Below, one piece after another: positions 38,682 through 41,414 of a stretch of DNA of 41,414 nt. The DNA lies in contig JABDKV010000120.1 in assembly GCA_013002045.1 (NCBI GenBank), forward strand, positions 1 to 41,414, written 5' to 3'. Each line of letters starts with the position of its first letter. Within the stretch, counting starts at the first letter, position 1. The translations under genes were made by a program, and so were the position numbers. The notes below the pieces were generated by a model. It had not been told where the DNA came from. It worked only from the letters and a program-made list of their open reading frames with translations, and did no database searches. This stretch comes from Gammaproteobacteria bacterium (GTDB taxonomy: Bacteria; Pseudomonadota; Gammaproteobacteria; Steroidobacterales; JABDKV01).

Positions 38682-39615
38682 ACTGGCTGGCGCAGTCGTG
38701 GCCGTCCTCGCCATTGCAGGGCTGCTGATTGGTTGTGAGACGGCCGACAATGCGCTTTTCGAAGCCGGTCGATCGGCCATGCGGGCATTCGCTGGCCTCG
38801 AGCAGGGGACAGTTTCGGTCGACGGGCGGGACATGGCATACCTGCACCGTCCGGGCGATGGCCCCACGGTGGTCCTGATTCACGGGTTCGCCTCGGAAAA
38901 AGACGTCTGGCTGCGATTCCTCGGCGACATACCACGCGACTACGCTGTCTATGCAATCGATTTGCCAGGGCACGGCGACTCGTTTCGTGATCCGGCATTT
39001 CACTACGACATTCCAGCGATTGTCGCTACGCTCGAAGCTGCGATCTCACAGCTCACTGACGGACCGGTGCACATGGTTGGTACATCGCTGGGCGGCATGA
39101 TTGCGACGCTGTATACGGTGTCGCAGCCGGACAGGGTCGAGTCGCTGGCTTTATATGCGCCCGCCGGTGTTTATCCGCCAAACCCCAGTGAGTTCCAGGT
39201 TGCTCTCGAGCGTGGCGAGAACCCGCTCATAGCGCATGCCGAGAGCGATTTCGATGAATTGATGGAAATCGTGTTTCATAAGCCGCCACCGATGATCTGG
39301 CCCGTTGGTAGCGCGATACGCGACTACGCCGTAGAGCGCGCCGACTTTCACCAGAAAATCTGGAACGATTTGTGGCCAGAGCATCCGACGCTCAATGACG
39401 TGCTGCCGCAGATTGACGTTCCCGTGATGCTCGTCTGGGGTCGCGAGGACAAAGTACTCGACGTTTCGAGTTCGCAGGTATTCAGTGCGCTCGTTAAGGA
39501 TATCGAAGTAGATCTGATTGAAGCGGCCGGTCACGCTATCGTGAACGAGCGTCCGCGTGACATGGGGCGGCTCTACCAGCAATTCCTGTCAGACCACAGC
39601 GGCGAGACCGATTAA
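38662..39615 (+). CDS. Exported alpha/beta hydrolase (lipase/esterase)
   Basis: IHGF, DLPGHG, GTSLGG nucleophile elbow, WGREDKV, GH; hydrophobic leader ending LIGC; AAGGAG RBS. Confidence 0.9.
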   Translation: MKIHRNKLAGAVVAVLAIAGLLIGCETADNALFEAGRSAMRAFAGLEQGTVSVDGRDMAYLHRPGDGPTVVLIHGFASEKDVWLRFLGDIPRDYAVYAIDLPGHGDSFRDPAFHYDIPAIVATLEAAISQLTDGPVHMVGTSLGGMIATLYTVSQPDRVESLALYAPAGVYPPNPSEFQVALERGENPLIAHAESDFDELMEIVFHKPPPMIWPVGSAIRDYAVERADFHQKIWNDLWPEHPTLNDVLPQIDVPVMLVWGREDKVLDVSSSQVFSALVKDIEVDLIEAAGHAIVNERPRDMGRLYQQFLSDHSGETD

Positions 39616-40515
39616 CGCAGGAGTGGGGTGAGTGATAACACGTGTAGGTATCGCTTTCAGATAACCTCTGTAACGACCCTTGGCCTCGAAACGTTCGCGA
39701 AATACTGAGTCCTGCAATTTTTCGATAAGGATAGCGGCGACACCTCCGGCGATATAAACACCACCGGTTGCACCAAGCGTCAACGCAACATTGCCGGCAA
39801 ATGATCCGAGCAAACCAAAGAATACGTCCAGCGTTTCGATTGCAAACGGCTCGCCGTCATCGGCTCGTTGCGTTACATCGTGTGGTTCCAGGTCGGCAGC
39901 AGTCGCGCCGGCTAACTCCCGTAATGTGTTGTAGAGCAGGACCAGGCCGGGGCCGGAAATTACGCGCTCGGCAGAACAATGGCCGAACTGCGTCGTGATA
40001 GCCGCCTTTACCTGCATTTCGCGTGGCGTTGCAGTTGCCAGTGTAGCGTGGCCGCCCTCTCCGGCCAGCGTAGCGTAGCCCCCGGGTCCCGGAATCAGTC
40101 CTGACACCCCGAGACCGGTCCCGGGCCCAAGTACGGCCAGAGCGTGACCACGCAAGCCCTGTGCATCGCCAACCTGGACATAGTCGGATGACTGCAGGTG
40201 TGGCAACGACAGTGCGACTGCGCTGAAGTCGTTAATGACTTCCAGCCGATCAAGACCCAGGTCCTGGCGCAACTCTTCGATAGAGAAGTGCCACTGGCGA
40301 TTGGTCAGTCGCACGCTGTCACCGGTAATCGGAGCTGCAACCGCAACCGCAGCATCGCGCGGATTTGCGTTGCGACTGGCGAGGTAGCCGGTCAGCGCAG
40401 CTGTCAGGCTGGGGAAGTCACTGTTGGCGTAAACCTCGATATCGTGAGGTGAGCCGTCAGCGTTGACCAGCGCGCAGCGCGTATTGGTGCCACCTACGTC
40501 GGCAATGAATTCCAT
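39589..40515 (-). CDS. glk: Glucokinase
   Basis: ADVGGTNTR, INDF, GPGTGLG, GEGGH, SAERVISGPGL, GGVYIAGG, FEAKGR; GAGGAG RBS. Confidence 0.95.
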   Translation of the reverse strand: MEFIADVGGTNTRCALVNADGSPHDIEVYANSDFPSLTAALTGYLASRNANPRDAAVAVAAPITGDSVRLTNRQWHFSIEELRQDLGLDRLEVINDFSAVALSLPHLQSSDYVQVGDAQGLRGHALAVLGPGTGLGVSGLIPGPGGYATLAGEGGHATLATATPREMQVKAAITTQFGHCSAERVISGPGLVLLYNTLRELAGATAADLEPHDVTQRADDGEPFAIETLDVFFGLLGSFAGNVALTLGATGGVYIAGGVAAILIEKLQDSVFRERFEAKGRYRGYLKAIPTRVITHPTPALIGLAAVV

Positions 40516-40603
40516 GGTGTCTCCTCGACTTCGATCGCGGCGATTGTAGCAATCTCGCCAGTAGGGTCAGGTACAATCTTGCTGCTAGTCGTGTGGGGGC
40601 ACT

Positions 40604-41414
40604 GTGCAGCAAAGCGAAACATTATGGTCGGAATGGCTGGGTCTGGCCCCACTTGGACGTGGGCTGGCGCGACGGCTTATGTTCCTGTGGGTGCGGGCGC
40701 GGGTGTTGCCCGAGGAACCACCGATCTCGTCCGATGTGCCTGTCGTCTACGTGTTTGCCAACAATGCATTGTCGTCACGGCTGGTCGTGGACGGCGTATG
40801 CAAACGTCTCGACCTGCCGCGGCCGGAAGTCTCACCCGAGGGGCTGCCGAGTGAGAAACGCGCGCTGATATTTGTGCGCCGCTTGCGTGGCTGGCTGCGA
40901 CGACGAGCCGAGCCAGTGCAGTCGCCACGGCTGGCGCGCTTGGTGGAACGGGTAGTTGCCGACAACGAACTCGATGTGCAGGTGGTGCCGGTCACGGTTT
41001 TCTGGGGACGCTCGCCAGCCAAGGAAAAGTCGCCGCTCAAGCTGTTGTTCTCTGAGAGCTGGGCTCCCGCGGGTCGCCTGCGCAAGCTGTTTATCATATT
41101 GGTGCACGGTCGCCACACATTCGTGCAGTTCAGTACACCGGTGTCGTTGCGCGAATTTGTCACGGAATCGGTCCGTGATGGTACCGATCCGGAGTTAATT
41201 CCACGCAAGCTGGCGCGGGTCATCCGCGTGCACATGCGACGTATCCGTGTGGCAGCAATCGGTCCCGACCTGTCACACCGGCGCACACTGCGCGGACGAA
41301 TCCTGCGTTCTCCGGGTGTACGCCGGGCGATAGAACGCCATGCGGCACGCGAAGGAATCAGTACCGATGATGCTTACCGCAAGGCGGCGTCGTATGTCGA
41401 CGAAATCGCGGCAG
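40604..41414 (+). CDS. plsB: Glycerol-3-phosphate O-acyltransferase, N-terminal part (truncated at window edge)
   Basis: Hand translation: ...LWVRARVLP...PVVYVF...VQVVPVTVFWGRSPAKEKS...LFIILVHGRHTFVQFS...KLARVIRVHMRR...IGPDLSHRRTL...YVDEIAA. GTG 40604 follows GGGGG. Absent from the ORF track because it has no stop. Confidence 0.88.
   Translation, partial: MQQSETLWSEWLGLAPLGRGLARRLMFLWVRARVLPEEPPISSDVPVVYVFANNALSSRLVVDGVCKRLDLPRPEVSPEGLPSEKRALIFVRRLRGWLRRRAEPVQSPRLARLVERVVADNELDVQVVPVTVFWGRSPAKEKSPLKLLFSESWAPAGRLRKLFIILVHGRHTFVQFSTPVSLREFVTESVRDGTDPELIPRKLARVIRVHMRRIRVAAIGPDLSHRRTLRGRILRSPGVRRAIERHAAREGISTDDAYRKAASYVDEIAA

Noticed and set aside
39589-39615. 27-nt convergent overlap of lipase and glk 3' ends
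   Set aside because: Short tail-to-tail overlaps are common in compact genomes; no further signal.
1-41414. CRISPR arrays, IS elements, prophage, tRNA/rRNA, long DNA repeats
   Set aside because: None seen by eye; no transposase, integrase or cas-like ORFs and no obvious compositional island.

Overview
GC-rich, gene-dense chromosomal window, probably from a free-living Gammaproteobacterium (inferred from gltA, ppnN, gpmA, yhcB/zapG, glk, plsB and a Crp-type regulator). It holds about 33 CDS. I found no rRNA, tRNA, CRISPR array or mobile element. Most genes are metabolic: lipoprotein peptidases, 5-oxoproline salvage, nucleotide salvage and lipid enzymes. Five patterns deserve a second look. 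(1) Four CRP-like boxes each sit 21 bp upstream of a -10-like hexamer (class II geometry), in front of two paralogous tiny TPR genes, a 7TM-PAS sensor gene, and an operon of a small acidic protein plus a Crp paralog with an altered ligand helix. (2) An unannotated ~190-nt candidate sRNA has a sigma54-like promoter, seven GGA motifs and a strong terminator. (3) A tight operon encodes SDR, two GTPases, a mini-lipoprotein and a lipase. (4) A gamma-glutamylcyclotransferase appears to need a CTG start. (5) Several genes look leaderless. All functional readings of these patterns are inferences from sequence alone.
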